64,000 nt of DNA, taken from assembly GCA_905178155.1 (NCBI GenBank), contig CAJINV010000004.1, positions 1,240,881 to 1,304,880 on the forward strand, written 5' to 3'. Below the pieces are notes generated by a model that worked only from the letters and a program-made list of their open reading frames with translations, made no database searches and was not told the origin of the DNA. The position numbers and the translations under genes are program-made. The stretch comes from Amoebophrya sp. A120 (Eukaryota > Protista > Dinoflagellata). Shown piece by piece: positions 61,593-64,000 of the stretch. Numbering within the stretch: the stretch's first letter is position 1; the number at the start of each line of letters is the position of its first letter.

Positions 61593-61741
61593 AACAACGC
61601 ACTGCTCATTAAGTGGCACTACTACTTGAAAAGCACGATAAAAAACATCTTTTTCAAAATCTGCCATGCACGCAAACTTTCAAACAACTTAAGAGGAGCG
61701 CTGAATCGTCGATAATAAACGCGGTCGCTGCGCTCACGTTT

Positions 61742-62653
61742 TCAAGATTTTTCCAATTCCAAAATTTTTTCCAGTTCCCGAGCAGCATCAAAATTGTCGT
61801 TATTAACGACGAAAATATTTTCACCAACATCTGCTCTCATAATTCCTTCGTCTGCATCCTTATCCCAAAAAGGCTCTCGGTAGAAGTAGAACCGCCATTC
61901 GACGAATTTTTTGTAGTTTTCCTCGTTCCCCTTCCATTCAGGCCCGTAAAAATTTCGCAACATCGCAAACCGCTCGCCCGGGTCTTCTCTCCAGCGGGCT
62001 TCGTGGTCTAGGCCGGCTGCGATTTCACGTTGGACAAACCTATTTAGCAAAGTTCTCCGGTCCACTTTGACCTCGATGATTTTCCCCTCTGGGAAAAACG
62101 TCTGGAAAAGATCAACCGTCCAGTTCCGCCAGATGTGGTAGGAAAAGATGACCTTTTTTGACGACTCTGGCATACTTTCTTGAATTATTTGCTCTTTCAG
62201 CTTCGAAAACACCGCACGGAAGAAGGGCTCCATAACCGCGCGAACTTCCTCGTCGTGTCTTTTAACTTCTGCGATTATACGCGCATCCTTTTCGTCATTG
62301 TCTCCCTCTCCAGGAGCAAACGTTCCCCGCATCTTCGAAATCACTTTGCCGCTCGCTGCTTTCATCCATGAGTTTAGCTCAGGATCGCTGTCGACGAACT
62401 CGTCGCCGTCGATAAACTGCCAGTTGCTGCTGCTGTACTTCTCCGCGATGTAGCGGCCTAGAGACGTTTTGCCCGCGGCGTTTTCCCCGGTAAGGTAGAC
62501 TATCTCGAGATCTTGCCGCGGCTCCTCATGTGCATGAAGATTCATCTGGGTGTCTTCCATATTATCGGTTGTAGTGTCGGATAGTGGGCGGAGGGATTTG
62601 GCGCTCAGGCCATCTGTTTGGAGCAGTGACTCTGGTGCTGGCGGGGTAGACAT
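61742..62653 (-). CDS. P-loop kinase-like protein (gluconokinase/shikimate-kinase-like fold), intronless
   Basis: IVYLTGENAAGKTSLGRYIA (Walker A) followed by FIDGDEF; ATG taken at MSTPPAP. Confidence 0.7.
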   Translation of the reverse strand: MSTPPAPESLLQTDGLSAKSLRPLSDTTTDNMEDTQMNLHAHEEPRQDLEIVYLTGENAAGKTSLGRYIAEKYSSSNWQFIDGDEFVDSDPELNSWMKAASGKVISKMRGTFAPGEGDNDEKDARIIAEVKRHDEEVRAVMEPFFRAVFSKLKEQIIQESMPESSKKVIFSYHIWRNWTVDLFQTFFPEGKIIEVKVDRRTLLNRFVQREIAAGLDHEARWREDPGERFAMLRNFYGPEWKGNEENYKKFVEWRFYFYREPFWDKDADEGIMRADVGENIFVVNNDNFDAARELEKILELEKS

Positions 62654-64000
62654 TTTGGCACCAGGTATGGTAGGTGGGACATGGAAGAAAAGCGTAGCTG
62701 CGAAAATGTGGTAAGGTGCGAAACCTCCAGCTGAGGGAAGTTGGAATCGGCAAACAACTGTCTGGATCATTACTTCGTGTCATGTACTAGCCAGAATGAT
62801 GCGCGATTGCGCTGCTATAACCATGTGCGAGCTAGTGCACCACTCTCACTGATCGAATACTAATTTCCAAGGTTCCTTCTTGTTAACTCTGAAAACCACT
62901 TGCATTTCATTTGATTCGACCACGCACAACGTGCCCAACATGGAATTCTGGAGTAATTTGTAAACACAGAACAACCACGAAAGCAAGGATACTTGCCTCA
63001 ACTTAGTGCCACATGTGCTCTAACTTCCACGCCCCTCGCGCTCGCAGTCTTCGCCGGTAGTACAAGAAAACGGGAAGAAGCTGCAAACGGTGCCAGGCAC
63101 ACGTCAGGCACGAGGGCAATCCGCCTGGTTGCTCCGCCCTGGGGCAATCTATCTCGCAGCGGAGCCGGCAACACCAACAAGCGCCGGCCAACGCGCCAGT
63201 GTGCGGCCGCAGCCTGGCGCGCCTGCTCGGGCTGCGGTCGGGGTGTGGCTTCTGCGCGCAGGGGCACCCTCCTGCCCCGCGGGGCAGACTCACAACTGAA
63301 GCCACGCGCGCGCAGCGGGCGCGGCCGCCCCTTGAGCCTGTTGAGTCTCCGACCGAACCGCCCGCGCGAGACCGGCCTGCCCTCCGCCCAAGGAGCGGCG
63401 GCGGCGATGGCGGCGGCGCCGGCCTTCCGCGGCGCTACCTGCTTGGCTGCGTGGGAGAATCATCCGCCTCGGTCTGCTGGCTCGCCGGGGGGCAGCTACG
63501 TAATTTTGGTAGGCAGTTCTGAGGGAGCTGGCCCCGCTCGGCAGTGGCGGCCTACCTTGAAGGGCCTTCGGCGTGCCTGCCCGCCTGGGACGAAAGTCCG
63601 GGGCGGGCCGGCCATACTAGCCCCCGGGCTTCGGCGCGGCACTGTGCCGCAGAACCGCTTGCGGAGCCAAGTCCGCAAGGGCTGCGCCGTGTCCAACAGG
63701 TGCTGTCTGCGGTCGCGTTCCGGCTTGCGTCGAACAGGGGCCCACTCCGCAGCGCCTTTGCTGCGCGCCCCGGGCCCTCCACGACCAACGCCGCTCGAAG
63801 CTTCGGCACCAGGGCCCGGACCACCTCCGTGGCCCCAAGGCCCTGCCTCCGGCCGCGTCCCCTCGATGTACGAGAGCGCGCGGCCCAAGCAGCCCCAAGG
63901 GAATGAAGCAGGCCCCGGCCGGCGCCGTTATCGCACGCGACGCGCCCCGGGTGCCCCCAAGAACTTTCCAGCGGGGAGCACGCGGGAAGCGTACGGGCAG

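Noticed and set aside
63000-64000. Very GC-rich end with overlapping ORFs
   Set aside because: The ORFs are explained by GC content, no motif is recognised, and the region is truncated by the window edge.

Overview
Gene-dense eukaryotic DNA, most likely from an Amoebophrya-like (Syndiniales) parasitic dinoflagellate. This is inferred from the intron style, the one-strand gene cluster and a dinoflagellate spliced-leader-like relic; it is not confirmed. All recognisable genes (~16) lie on the minus strand: two tandem Notum/pectin-acetylesterase-like paralogs, pescadillo/Nop7, BMS1, a secreted hypothetical, an EML-like WD40 protein, RPN5/PSMD12, an SLC35A transporter, GOT1, a TM+C2 protein, a lipase-maturation-factor-like protein, a P-loop kinase and several hypotheticals. 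The dominant signal is 30 MITE-like elements (150-342 bp, 7 terminal-inverted-repeat families), all inserted inside coding exons. Each starts TAT and ends ATA (one end variant) and is flanked by a 5-bp direct repeat with no sequence consensus. Removing the element plus one repeat copy restores a continuous reading frame at all 30 sites, even where no GT/GC/GA-AG or AT-AC register exists, and copies occur in both orientations. They coexist with ordinary GT-AG introns, and no transposase is visible in the window. Inverted-repeat non-canonical introners are known from Amoebophrya, but to my knowledge their excision mechanism is unresolved. All exon boundaries were read by hand without RNA data.
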